Shown here in pieces: positions 25,631 through 38,728 of a stretch of DNA of 64,000 bases. Position numbers and translations under genes: made by a program. The DNA is taken from NCBI GenBank assembly GCA_032718475.1, contig JAUCBJ010007877.1:1957-65956 (forward strand), in the 5' to 3' direction. The notes beneath the pieces are model-generated. The model was not told the origin of the DNA and searched no databases. It saw only the letters and a list, made by a program, of their open reading frames with translations. Position 1 is the stretch's first letter. Every line of letters starts with the position of its first letter. This DNA is from Nemertoderma westbladi (taxonomy: Eukaryota > Animalia > Xenacoelomorpha).

Positions 25631-26015
25631 TCAATTATCCTTCATAGTGCCAAAATGGGCTCCATGGTCCCACGACCTTTACGGAACCCATTCTGATTTC
25701 CACGGAGCAGTCTCTCAAGGTATCCCTGATGAGATTTAATATAATTTATCGAGATCAATGAGTTTCCCCGAAAAGATCCCTAGTGTGTTAGGTTGCCGTT
25801 TTTGGGAACTGGTACCAACTTATTTGTTGTCTTTCAAGATTATATTAATACGTGATTATCAGTAGTGGCCTTGGTATGGTATATGCGAAATTATTCTGAA
25901 AGTAAATATTTCTCAGGACTCCAGTGTGGGAGTTGAGTTATGTGTGTTTAGAAATAAGATAACTTTAATTATTCAAATTCATAATTTTTAAAAACATACT
26001 ATATTATAACGATAG

Positions 26016-26226
26016 GTATACATAGTCAACTCAGTGGAGACCACTTTCCTGAACTCATTGCTTACAAGTAATGAGCCTCAATGCGACACCACTTTGGAAG
26101 ATGTTCCCATTAATAATGTGACTTGCAGTGGAGAGGCAGGGTTTGGTATATCAGGTCTATGTATCGTTCTATACAGTCCCACAGCTGTGGTTCTTTCAGT
26201 ATGCGAACTCGAAGTATATGGAACAG
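26016..26226 (+). CDS. F-type lectin domain 1, C-half (exon 4)
   Basis: gatag|VYIVNS...QC...VTC...LSVCELEVYGT|gtcagt; phase 0-1. Confidence 0.85.
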
Positions 26227-26681
26227 GTCAGTTTGAATTATCAAACATATAATAGTATGTAATAGTACAGTATCCCATGAAGTATGCCATATTCCCCCAA
26301 CTATGCTCATGTTCCTAATTCGCAGTTTCTTCTAACCAATCTTTGATATGTTTTTTCGAAAAAGATCCATACATTGCCTACTTCTTTATTTGTAATATTT
26401 CGATATCAACATTGAGCCATTACGGTAATTTTCAATATTGTTGAAGAACAATGATTTTTTTGCTATTCCAAGTAGTGTTAGTGGTTCTGCTTTGTTGTTA
26501 GTTACTCTATCCCCTTCTTTTAGTAAAAAATACATTTAACCTCTTTGAATTTATTAATTCTGCCAGTGATGCAGTTCTGCAATTTAAATGAAAATTTAAC
26601 ATACCTTTTATAGCAAGTTTTAGTGAAGTAATATTTTTTAAAAATATTTTGGCTTTATACATGTAACATTTTTGTTTGCAG

Positions 26682-26729
26682 GTCCTGTGGATATAGCAGG
26701 AGTAAATGCACCTCTGATTATGGATTCGG
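26682..26729 (+). CDS. Linker exon 5 of lectin gene
   Basis: tttgcag|GPVDIAGVNAPLIMDS|gttagt; 48 nt, phase 1-1. Confidence 0.6.
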
Positions 26730-27179
26730 GTTAGTTATTGTAGGGATTATTCTCAGCAATATAGTAATTATATTGGTATTAATTAGTAATGATGAGTAAA
26801 TTAGTAGTAATCAGTAATGACTTATTTCCTGAATTTAGTAGAAACAAGTTTAAAAATATAAGGAAATTGTAATTTGTACCGCAACTTCTTTTGGTCTTAT
26901 TTAGTCTGTTATTTTTTTAAAACATATTGTCATTTCATTTGAAAAAAAATATTTCGACATTCAGTTTTTAGTCCTTCATAAATTTATAACTATATTTTAT
27001 AACATAGCCCTCCCTGCATATACTGTATTTTAAATAACATCTTTCAAAGGGTGAATATGACATTTGTGCCATTTTGAAAATAATATATATAAGGGAAGAA
27101 TGATATCTTTGATATACATTGTTTCTGCAATATAACTTTGAAGACAGATTCTTCAATACTCATAAGAATACCGGGGGTG

Positions 27180-27767
27180 GGTCTTATTACTACTACTAGG
27201 ATCGGCATGCTGCATTGCAGCTGCATTTTTAAGAATGCTGTGCCGGCTTGTCAACAAAATTGCACCGCCACAACTCCCTATCACCCATGATATTTGCTAG
27301 ATCATCCGCATCTTCAAGGCCAGTGTCCTTTAAGATGCGTCTCAAGAAAGTCATGGGTTGTCCACCATGCTTATTCACTCCATGAGGCTGCCAAATTACA
27401 AGATTATGCACTGGCTGGTCCTCACGGCGAAAGCAATGTCCTGCAAAGCGGAGGCGATTTTGTACTAGTGTCAAGCTTGGGGGAACCAATGAGACACCTC
27501 CAATGTTATATAGTGTCTGGTTGGAGATGTGTGCATTGTACTTGACACAATGAACCCGGCGTAGCATTCTTGTGAATGTGCCATCCAGAGATTTGGTGTC
27601 CTCAGCAGTTAGAGCCCAGCATGGACTCCCATAGAGGAGTACTGGAACTACTGCTGCTCTAAATAATCGGACCTTAAGTTTCCGATTACTTCTCTGTGAC
27701 TTCCAAATCCTGGAAAGCCTATTCAAGGCTGCCCATGCCTTTCCCTTACGTATTCGAAGGTCCTCAC
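27180..27767 (-). mobile_element. 3' fragment of RTE LINE (family A)
   Basis: ORF 27229-27726 LLYGSPCW...RLRFAGHC; near-identical to 21730-22270 and 23020-23057. Confidence 0.85.
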
Positions 27768-28212
27768 TGTCTTATTGATCCCCTCTCCACCCCCACCCCC
27801 CCCCCCCCCCTAAAATCTACAAATTTTAACGAAAACGTCATATTTTGTTTGTACGTAGATTTCACTACTCTGAATCAGACCGAAAAAAATTTAGAAAAAA
27901 GTTAATGGTGTGGTTAGTTTGCAGCACCAAAATCTGGCTAAGATTTATATCAGGTGGACGGATACCTTACTGTAAATATTATCGCTTGAAGGGAAGCGAA
28001 CTTAGCCACCATAATACAGTGCTCCGAATTAGCTATAAAATGGCAAATTTTAGTTTGTTGGTGAGTCAGAGTCACTGATCGGGATCGCAACTATTCGCTT
28101 CTCCTCTAGCGTGTGCTAAGAATTTTGTATAAAATGGGATCAAATTCACCTGAGATCTAAATTCGCTTCGCGATTAGCATGATGATTACCAAAGGCTATT
28201 AATAGCATAAAC

Positions 28213-28592
28213 TGGGATCTAAATTCACCTAATTAGGATAAGTTCACCTAGGTAGGATCTAAGTTCACCTAATTAGGATAAGTTCACCTAGGTAGGATCT
28301 AAGTTCACCTAATTAGGATAAGTTCACCTAGGTAGGATCTAAGTTCACCTAATTAGGATAAGTTCACCTAGGTAGGATCTAAGTTCACCTAATTAGGATA
28401 AGTTCACCTAGGTAGGATCTAAGTTCACCTAATTAGGATAAGTTCACCTAGGTAGGATCTAAGTTCACCTAATTAGGATAAGTTCACCTAGGTAGGATCT
28501 AAGTTCACCTAATTAGGATAAGTTCACCTAGGTAGGATCTAAGTTCACCTAATTAGGATAAGTTCACCTAGTTAGGATCTAAGTTCACCCAG
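28213..28592. repeat. 40-bp tandem repeat
   Basis: ggtaggatctaagttcacctaattaggataagttcaccta, about 9 copies. Confidence 0.93.
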
Positions 28593-28849
28593 ATATGATC
28601 TACGTTCGCAGACATAGGACCTAAGTTCGGAAAGCTCTAAGTTCATCAAAGTCAGGCCATGCAGGAGTGCAGGATCTAAGTTCATCAAAGTCAGGCCATG
28701 CAGGAGTGCAGGATCTAAGTTCGATTTACCGTGCTGTATCTTGATTATTACTGTAATGTATTTCATTATTTCACAGGAAATAACAAAACATGCGGAATTA
28801 ACTCGATCTAGGAATAAAGTTTATTTCCCTAATTATCTTTAATGACTGT

Positions 28850-29283
28850 AACATATACACGTACAGTATATATAATTATACAGTAGATATATACACGTAC
28901 AGTATATATAATTATACAGCAGTTATATACACGTACAGTATATATAATTATATAGTAGTTATATACACGTACAGTATATAAAGACGCAAATGCAGGAACT
29001 GCTTTTGCAAATGTTAAGACACACAAGAGAGATTGGGCACTTAGAAATATATTATCCTGTTGCGGAACTGCGTCTGAGAATTTAGGCAAGTTATTGGAAT
29101 ATTTATGTATAATTATATATACTGTACGTGTATATATCTACTGTATAATTATATATACTGTACGTGTATATATCTACTGTATAATTATATATACTGTACG
29201 TGTAAACAACTACTGTATAATTATATATACTGTACGTGTATATATATACTGTACGTGTATATATCTACTGTATAATTATATGT
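28850..29283. repeat. 36-bp AT-rich minisatellite in two opposite orientations
   Basis: tatatacacgtacagtatatataattatacagtag (28853-28980) and its reverse complement (29107-29280); recurs at ~29868-29900. Confidence 0.85.
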
Positions 29284-29312
29284 AAAAACGATTATACGAA
29301 AAATATACGAAA

Positions 29313-29660
29313 AATGTAATTTATTTAGTAAACTGTCTTAAATGCAGAAAACAGGGAGTCGGATCAGCAATGAACTTCAAGGCAAGAATATATAATTACA
29401 AATCACAAATAACAAACAAGAAAAAACCATCTTGTAAAATTGACCAGCACTTTATCCAAGCAGACCACAACTTCAACGACTTTAGGATAACACCCATAGA
29501 GAGAGTTACAAATCTAAATAGCGAAACATTGAAACAGGCACTGAGAAGAAAAGAGGGTTACTACCAGACAAACTTGCAGACGCTTGAGCCATATGGTTTA
29601 AACTCAATAAACGAAGCCGTGATTAATTCTAAAGGAATGGAAGCGTTCAAACCAGACTGA
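29313..29660 (+). pseudogene. GIY-YIG endonuclease fragment of a Penelope-like element
   Basis: NVIYLVNCLKCRKQGVGS...R..NYKS.I...HF...H...E.YYQ..L.TL.PYGLN, the CxxC-containing PLE GIY-YIG pattern. Confidence 0.85.
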
Positions 29661-30069
29661 TTAATATCTCACATTGAATACTAAGAAATTCAATTATATA
29701 CATTTATAAAACCTAGGCAACAATATTTATTAGAATGTACAGTAATCATATTTATGGAAATAAATACATGAATAAGACTCATGTTGAGTCGAAAATTTGT
29801 AAGAGAAATATTTTCTTTTTTTAAGATATTGGTTTTTATTTTGCTTTATAGCATATTATTGTTGTTTAATTATACAGTAGATATATACACGTACAGTATA
29901 ATAAATAGTATTATTGCTATGTGATCAGATTTAATCTGGATCAGGTCACTCACTACACAACACATACAGATACACACAACAGATACAGAGTTATCACGAG
30001 ATATATCTTGGAACGATAATAAAATAAGTTTTAATAATAATGAAATGAATTTTTCTGGTTGTTATTACT

Positions 30070-33000
30070 ACACGCTCGGGTCCCGTGTTCGAATTTGTGG
30101 ATATGGGTTGGTGAGCCGTGTTTTGGGTGTAAGCTGAAGAAATATATTAGATTTTGGTAAGGTCGGGGTGTGCGGGACGATTAATGGTCCCAGACGGTTC
30201 ACACTCACAGTTTGTTTTTTATAACAATCGCCAATAATCGCCAATTCGTCGTCCACGACCGATATTACGAATCCAGACTTTTTCTCCATTTTTGTATTTA
30301 GTCCTGCGGTCATTGATGCGATAATTGAATCTGTTTGAGAGTTAGAAAGCTAAAACCCATGAATAGTTCTGCCACGGTTGTACCACTTCCCTGTGGTGTT
30401 GCACGGTACCGAAATAATATTTATTGTAGTTTTTTAGGTCCATTTTTACCAATGGATTCTTTAATCGTACGAACGAACGGCTCGCTCTGCTATGCCATTC
30501 GATTGCGGATGGATTGAATGAACAATTCCCCACTCATTGAGATTGTTAGCAAACCCTTTGCTGCTCTTTGTCGGAACTAGGACGATTGCCCCCTGGACAA
30601 TTGCCCCCCGGACAATTGCTCCCCGGACTATTGCCTGTCGGAATATTGCCCCCGGACAATTGCCCCCCGGAGAATTGCCTCCCGGAATATTGCCCCCGGA
30701 CAATTGCCCCCCGGAGAATTGCCCCCCGGACAATTGCCCCCCGGACAATTGCCCCCCGGACAATTGCCCCCCGGACAATTGCCCCCCGATATTTTATTTA
30801 ATTAATATATTTTAAATCTTGAAATCCTTTGAATGTTTTCCTATAGTTTAATGAAATTCAAGTCATATTATATTAACCTTGATCAACACTTCTAAACTTT
30901 AATTTATTTTACTTTTTTTCTAAAAATCCCTGATTTTTTCTTGAACAATTTGATTTGATTACCATTTCTAAACTTTTTAATTTTATGTGTTTCAAAATAT
31001 CCACGATTTTTTTTTCTAGAACAATTTGATTGTCTCTATGCCAGCTATAGCTTTTTATGACTTAATTGAATGGCTTCTGCGCGTAAAAATTGTATTATTA
31101 TTGTAATGAATACTTCAATTGTAAAATATCGGAATTATTGAGCACATAAATAAGCAAACATGGATGTTTTATTAAACATAAAACGGACTTAGCTATATAA
31201 AATTATTGTTTAATGTTGTAACAAGTTTGGAAGACTAAATTGCTAGTAAGGAACGACCTTATCTATTTTGCAATTTTGCTTGGGGCCAATTTATTGTTTG
31301 GTGGTTAAGTGTAATTGGAGGGCAATAGTCCGGGGGGTAATTGTCTGGGGGGGGGGATTGTCCGAGGGGCAATTGTCCTCGGTGGGAATTGTCCGGGGGG
31401 CAATTGTCCTCGGTGGGAATTCTCCGGGGGACAATAGTCCTGTCACGATTGAGGTCCTCCATCCGAGTGTACCTGTAAGGGGAACCCAAATCTACAAGAC
31501 CTATCAAATAATTTTTGCAGGGTGGTTCTAGTAGTTGTGGTTGTGGTTTTTCAATAATGTATACAATGGTTTTGCCAGCGCTGACAAGTTATTAACAAAA
31601 CATGAGTAGAACTTTACAATACCAAGAAAGCCTTGTAAACTTTTCAGATCAATATGTGCCGGCATGTCTGCATGGCTCTGATACGGATCTACCGAACGCC
31701 CGTCTTTGGATACTATAAATCCTAAATATTTCACTTCATCTGCTGCGATTACACACTTTAACAAACTTTCCTTTTATGCCCACAGAACGAAGACGAGCAA
31801 AGACTTCTTCAACCATTTTTAAGTGAGATTCTAGATCTTCTGAATATATCAGGATATCGTCCATTATGCTTGACCTCTACATTGTCTATTCCTACTAAAA
31901 CTTTTTCAATTTCTTTCTGAAATACTAGACAATGCCAGGTGCTGAGGACACACTAGGTCACTCTTTGGTATTGCAACGCTTAGTATCTTTAGAATTATTA
32001 TCTAATTCGACTGGTCATAACCATGTAGAGGTTGAGGACGAAAACATTAATTTCCTCACTAATAATAAGATAGATTGCTCTTATTCGTTTTCGATTAAGG
32101 GTAGGGTGATGCACAGATTTTCGTTGTGGGCTGTACTCTTGAATATCTACCTTGATTATTATTTCTAGAATAACTACGCGGGAGATTACAGCTTTTAGTG
32201 AGACAACATTTGGCTAAGTGATTTGCACCTTTACACTTTTCGTACACATTAACCAATTCCATTAATGTTTGTCACCACAAAATTAGCAGTTCACAATTGT
32301 TTTAGGGTTGGGTGCAATCTTCGCCCACGTCCAACCTTCGCCCAATTTGTGGAAAAGGAACAGGTTACAGACACGATAGGTTACAGAGACGAATTTCTCT
32401 AACCAAATCAATAATCGAGGTTGTTAACACTCATTTTGATGGCGAAGATTGCTCTGGGCGTAGATTTCTCCGGGCGAAGATTGCTCCGGGCGAAGATCGC
32501 TCATGGGCGAATCTTTCTCACGGGTGAAGTTTGCGGCGTCCCTTGCTTTACTGGTTGGCCTAGACTGCGTCTCAAGGGAAATTTTATTGCTATCTGCAGT
32601 CTTGCTCATATTAATATTTGTTGTCTGAATTCCACTCATTTCAGAAAACGGCCGTTCTGCAACTTCCATGCTTCTAGCTAAAGTCAGTACTGCATCTAAT
32701 TTAGTGATGCCTCTTTCGAAAACTCGCATTCTCAAAGTTGGCATTGTTGTGTGCCGAAGAAGGATATCTAATAAACAAGCATCCTGCAACAAACTATTGT
32801 AATTATTACATTTAAGGTTGCAATACTGGGGTTGTTTTCTAAGGCGAATAATATAATTGTAAGTTGATTCACCTTGTTGCTGTGCAATCTCACCAAGACG
32901 ATATAACGTCAAACGTCTACAAAAAGTGTAGAGTCAATTGATCGAAATTTTTCTCCAATACGAACAATTAGTGCATCATACATTGTTTCCGCATTCCTTT

Positions 33001-33453
33001 GAGTGACTGTCATGGTTTCTACCATTCTTGATAAATCGGGGCCAGCACAATGTAATGACGTTTTTGAATGTCAGAAACTGATGGGTCCCAATGCCAAGAG
33101 GTAAGTGTCGAAATCGCGATTGTATACTTCCCATCGGCGATGCCAACCAGACTCCTGCGCGTCAAATTTAATGGTAACGTGTGGACCACCGTTGAATTAG
33201 GAACAGTAATATCGTTAGAAGTTTGTGCAATACCTAACACAAATTCTAAATCTAACCCATGTTCAGTCATATAAGAACTTATTTCTGAAATAAGTTCAGC
33301 TTTGTTTCTACCCGATTAACCCAACTTACAGTATGTTCCTGACATATCTCATGTAGATATCCAATAGAGAGGTGATCCAATGACAGCGGCATAATAATTA
33401 TAATTGCAAACAATTAAATAGTTATATTTTAGTTATCCTAATATCCTCGTCGC
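30070..33453 (-). pseudogene. Degenerate Ty3/Gypsy LTR retrotransposon interior
   Basis: PBS-like tggcgacgagga (33442-33453, minus), gag RLRK...C, RT DILIYS/VKYLGF, integrase HPQSNGIAERAV; many stops and insertions; no paired LTRs found. Confidence 0.75.
30578..31445. mobile_element. Non-autonomous element with inverted 15-bp repeat arrays
   Basis: (ggacaattgcccccc)n at 30580-30790 and reverse-complement array at 31318-31440, inserted in the Gypsy pol. Confidence 0.75.
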
Positions 33454-33511
33454 CATTGCCGATATGCCATGCCTCACCACTTATTCACATAAATATTTTG
33501 TTTTTCTATAG

Positions 33512-33738
33512 GAAACATAGCTCTAAACCGAATGACAGATTCCGACAGTCAACAACTAGGAGGGGAAGATTCATACGCCGTGGACGGTGACAAGACTTGC
33601 GACAACGGACTTTGCTCCCACTCAGATGACGAGGCACCCCAGTGGATACTGATTTACTTGGGAGAAGAAACCGCCGTCGCTAATGTTACTATTTATATTA
33701 AAATGGATTGCTGTTCGCAACGGATTGTTGGCACTCAG
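33512..33738 (+). CDS. F-type lectin domain 2, N-half (exon 6)
   Basis: tctatag|NIALN...YAVDGD...CSHS...PQW...YIKMDCCSQRIVGTQ|gttggt. Confidence 0.88.
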
Positions 33739-33924
33739 GTTGGTCTATCATCATCTAGCTTTATTCTCTTTATCCAGCTTTATTCTATATTTTAGGCTTT
33801 AGCATTCGAATTCAACTCAGATTCATCTTGAAGCAATTAATATCTGGAAATTGTTTTAACTAAAAAAAGCTTGAAATAAAACTCAAAAAAAAGGTGGGCG
33901 GAAACGGGCCTTTAGCTGCGAATG

Positions 33925-34522
33925 CTTGGACACTCGTACTTGGACACTTTCACACTCGTACTTGGACACTTGGACACTCGTACTTGGACACTCGTACTTG
34001 GACACTTGGACACTCGTACTTGGAAACTTGGACACTCGTACTTGGACACTTGGACACTTGGACACTCGTACTTGGACACTTGGACACTCGTACTTGGACA
34101 CTCGTACTTGGAGACTTGGACACTCGTACTTGGACACTTGGACACTCGTACTTGGACACTTGGACACTCGTACTTGGACACTTGGACACTCGTACTTGGA
34201 CACTTGGACACTCGTACTCGGACACTTGGACACTCGTACTTGGACACTCGTACTTGGACACTTGGACACTCGTACTTGGACACTTGGACACTCGTACTTG
34301 GACACTCGTACTTGGACACTTGGACACCCGTACTTGGACACTCGTACTTGGACACTTGGACATTCGTACTTGGAAACTTGGTGACACTTGGACACTCGTA
34401 CTTGGAAACTTGGACACTCGTACTTGGACACTCGTACTTGGCCACTTGGACACTCGTACTTGGACACTCGTACTTGGACACTTGGACACTCGTACTTGGA
34501 CACTTGGACACTCGTACTTGGA
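33925..34522. repeat. Satellite of 8-bp (cttggaca) and 14-bp (ctcgtacttggaca) units
   Basis: Direct inspection; the ORFs in all frames here are repeat artefacts. Confidence 0.95.
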
Positions 34523-35455
34523 TAGTATTTTACATCTTTTACATAATTTTACATCGGAATCTATTCTTCATTTCATCGAGCTGCATCGATAAGCATCAGA
34601 TGATCATAAGGGTGGGTTTATCGCACATGGAAACGCATTGAATGACGAATGATGACAAGTTGCTCGGCTTTGCAATAAGAGGCCAAGGCAGTGTTAAATA
34701 TCGATTTCGGATGGATAGGTGAAGCAGATGAACATAACATTCTGGAAATTCCGGATCTCATCTGAAATATAAAATTTTTTTCTGAAATACAGTATATATA
34801 ACTTTAGTTTAACATATTTAGTATTCTTAAATATTTTTAAAAAAAAGTTTAGTTTTTAATTTTTAAAATTTTTAAAATTTAGTTTTTTTTAATTTAGTTT
34901 TCTCTAAACAAACAGGTTACAGTCGCATTGTATCTAACCAAAACAATAAACAAATTAGTATCTGATCAGGTTATAAGCTTGAGTGCTATAATGGGTGTTA
35001 TAAAACTCTTATTAAATTTCAAAGTAATTAACATCATCATTCTAGATTTGTCATCTTGGCCAATTTCCGATTTTTTTACAGAACTCTAAACATAGCAATG
35101 TGAACAACTATTTGGGGCATAGCATAGTTTTAAAATGATAGTGATCTGTGTACATATGTTACTACTGGTGAAAAATAAATTATTTTGCAACCAGGAGAAC
35201 TGATCTGCATAACACTGTGCGCAATTTGCATAGCAGCATCCATCCGTTTTGCTGTTTGCAGCAACCGTCTGCACCTCGTCTACATCTCGTCTATATGTCA
35301 AATATATTATTAAGTTACAATAAAGTTCCTTTCAGTCCCTATCAACTAGTAGATATTGTCCTTTTGTTTAGAGTCACATCCTTCTGAACAGAATCTGTAC
35401 AGTGAACTCGCAGATCTTTAGCAAAATACGCCAAATAGTTTATATCATATTCTAG

Positions 35456-35651
35456 GTATACATTGTCAACACCGACGATCCAGCTATCATTAACAATCTG
35501 GACTCTAGCGATGAACAGAAATGTCAGGAAGAGTTGTCTAACCAAGCTGTTAACAATATACAGTGTGGCGGACAAAAGGGGAGTATTGTTGCCATTTTCC
35601 ACAACAGTAATGACGCAATGGTTTTGTGCGAAGTTGAGGTATATGCAGACG
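35456..35651 (+). CDS. F-type lectin domain 2, C-half (exon 7)
   Basis: ttctag|VYIVNTDD...KC...IQC...MVLCEVEVYAD|gtgagt; paralogous to exon 4. Confidence 0.87.
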
Positions 35652-35661
35652 GTGAGTTTAA

Positions 35662-37238
35662 CCCTATTAGCACTGGGGGGGGGGCCGAATCGGCCCCTTC
35701 CTAGTTTTTAGTTGCTGTAACTATGCAACCACATTACGTACCGGCCCAATTTTTTGTGAGAATTAGCCAAATTTAATGCCGCATCTTTTGCAAAAAACGC
35801 CGTTGCAATTGGATTTCTACTTTTCGATGTGGGTGTCACCTCAAAATTTGGTCTCCAGCACCAAATTTTTTGAAATTTTCGAATTTTACAAAGTCATTTG
35901 TGATTTAGTAATTATTTGTGTTTGGGCTATTTTTATTTATTTTTATTGGTTTGGATCACTCTAATGCTCTATACAAGTATGTAAGTGTAGTGGTACGTCA
36001 TTTTTGGAGCACCAAAATTAGGGCGTGGCACTTCAAATTTTGAAAAATACGAGATTCGGAAAATACACTAAAGTTTTGATTTGCAAAGCATTTTTATAGG
36101 TTTTCTGGAGCGCTGAATCGATTGAAAGTAATATAGAAGCCTGAAGACTTAGTGGTTCACCATTTTTGGTGCACCAAAATTAGGGCGTGGCACTTCAAAT
36201 TTTGAAAAATACGAGATTCGGAAAATTCACTAAAGTTTTGATTTGCAAAGCATTTTTATAGGTTTTCTGGAGCGCTGAATCGATTGAAAGTAATATAGAA
36301 GCCTGAAGACTTAGTGGTTCGCCATTTTTGGTGCACCAAAATTAGGGCGTGGCACTTCAAATTTTGAAAAATACGAGATTCGGAAAATTCACTAAAGTTT
36401 TGATTTCAAATTAATTTTATAGGTTTTCTGGAGCGCTGAATCGATTGAAAGTAATATAGAAGCCTCAAATCCTTTGTGTACGTAATTTTCGGTGCACCAA
36501 AATTAGGGCGTGGCACTTCAAATTTTCAAAATTTATTTATTCGGAAAAAACACTAAAGTTTTGATTTCAAAAAATGGCTAAATTCTAAGTCTTCAGGCTT
36601 CTATATTACTTTCAATCGATTCAGCGGTCTGGAAAACCTATATAAATTCGTTAAAATTTCAATTTTGGTTTATTTTCCGAATCTCGTATTTTTCAAAATT
36701 TGAAGTGCCACGCCCTAATTTTGGTGCACCAAAAATGGCGAACCACTCAGTCTTCAGGCTTCTATATTACTTTCAATCGATTCAGCGGCCCAGAAAACCC
36801 ATAAAGATGCGTTGAAATAAAAAAATTAGGGGCATTTTCTGAATATCTAATTTTTCAAAATTTGAAGTGCCACGCCCACTTCTTAGGTGCACGAAAAATA
36901 GCATCCACTTCAATTTTTGGAAGTGGAATATAATCACATTCGATTCAGCGTCTTGAAAAACCTACTAAATCTAGCCAACACTGCCACACTATTAGTTTTT
37001 AGAAAACGAAAAATTTTGTAATTTTGTCCTGGGACTACTTTTATTTTTCATCAAAATTATGAGACCCTGCTTATGAAATTTTAACTTTTTAAGATTTGGT
37101 AGTGTTCATCTATAGTTGTTTCACCAACAGCCCAAATTTTGTAGGATTTCATTAGACGACTACAAAAATATAGTGGGTGGGCCGAATCGGCCCCCCCCCA
37201 GTGGTGCTAATGGTCAAAACACCCCAGTGGTAATAGGG
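35662..37238. mobile_element. piggyBac-like non-autonomous element
   Basis: TTAA TSD (35658-35661, 37239-37242); TIR ccctatta(g/c)cactgggg; internal ~160-bp tandem and inverted repeats. Confidence 0.88.
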
Positions 37239-37638
37239 TTAACATAATATATACAGAAATATAAACACCATGGCCTAAAAAATAGTGTCTTAATGAAAGC
37301 ACAACTCCATCTCTCCGGAATTTAAATCGCATAACAAGTGGAAACAAGTTGACATGAAATAGCCTTCTTATTTATCTGTCAGAATTTCTAACTTGAATTT
37401 GATCTTGAAACTCATTTCAGCAATAGTTATATATTTTTAACATTCTTAATATTAGTTAGTAAAACATTTTCTTTGCATATATCCATATACCATTACAAGT
37501 TTCGTAATACATGTCATCGCTATAGTTATAATTTGATATGTTGTGCAGCACAAATTATATTAATCAATATTCATTTCGAATGTTAGGTGATTTTTTTATG
37601 ACTACAAATTGGCTATATTATTGTGTTTTACTTTATAG

Positions 37639-37791
37639 AGTGCACATATAAGCCATGGGAGGAAGAGAGTACGTGCGATGGTGGTTGTCTAGTTGGAACA
37701 TCGACATATACGAGGGATGTCGCTTTTTACATGCCTGGAAGTACATGTAGTGATACCAGCAAGGATGATTACTGTGAGGAGCCCTGTACGG
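37639..37791 (+). CDS. Thrombospondin type-1-like repeat (exon 8)
   Basis: tttatag|ECTYKPWEEESTCDGGCLVGTSTYTRDV...GSTC...YCEEPCT|gtatgt; six Cys, phase 1-1. Confidence 0.8.
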
Positions 37792-38695
37792 GTATGTATT
37801 CAATTTATCATGTTTGTATAAAGCAAAAAATATGACTTTCTTAATTATACTTATATATTAATTTTCAATTTCACTTGATACACTTATATTAATTGTAGTA
37901 ATTCCAATAACTGATCAATTTTTGGTGTTCCCAGTATCAAGAACCTAGACAAACCCCCACCTATAAAGCCGGAGCTGGTAAGTTGAGACTTATAAATTTT
38001 TAAGGGGGAAAGAGGCCAGAGAAGATGAGATTCGCGCAGCCCACACTTAAATTGTCTCCCTCGAAACATCGCGCCCAGTATCGATTATTGGCTCTTTAAA
38101 AAAATATACGACAGATAATAATATGTAATAGTGGTGGGATATAGGTTTCTTTGTGATAGTAGATAATAGAGCATCTTGCCCACCTACCCTAAAGTGTTTC
38201 TTATTCGAATTGTACTATAATTGTGAAATATACAGATTGTCTCCCCCTTTTACAAATGATGAGTGGGGCCAAAGCCTAATTATTTTTGAACTAATTATGA
38301 TATGGATATTAATGATTTTCAACGAGGACCATGCTGGTTTAATTATCGAGAAGATCAGGAGATATAGATATAAATTAGCGAAATATATGAAAAATATTTT
38401 AATTCGCGATTTTGACCCCAGTATATTGTCTCCAGATATCAATGCTATTTTTAGATATTTTATCTGTGGGAACTAAAGCTTAATGTTGACGATACATACA
38501 TACATAATGTGTGTCATTATATCATATAATGTATCATTATAATGTACACTTACGCATTATGTGATGCATTATATCGAATTTTATTTATTTTAATGTCATT
38601 ATGGTTTTATGCCACACTGGCCAAAACAGTTGAATCTAAAACAGCAATGGCTTGTTTATTTCATGATATTATATGCAATAAATTTTTTTTTTCAG

Positions 38696-38728
38696 ATCCA
38701 CCTGGAACATCACCGTTCACATTTGAAA
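38696..38728 (+). CDS. Putative short exon 9 of lectin gene
   Basis: ttttcag|DPPGTSPFTFE|gttagt; a further acceptor at 38798 precedes a Cys-rich segment of uncertain frame. Confidence 0.5.

Larger units (their letters stand above)
21700..25830 (-). pseudogene. Fragmented RTE-clade LINE (family A) interrupted by three insertions
   Basis: QNGFR (~25690), KAFDSV, GVLQGD|TLAPF, DLDFADD, LLWES-type motifs in order on minus; boundaries approximate. Confidence 0.82.

Noticed and set aside
28213-28592. Regular repeats resembling a CRISPR array (also 1-516 and 33925-34522)
   Set aside because: No unique spacers, no cas genes, eukaryotic context; these are plain tandem repeats.
33883-34641. Six overlapping ORFs
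   Set aside because: Artefacts of the 8/14-bp satellite inside an intron.
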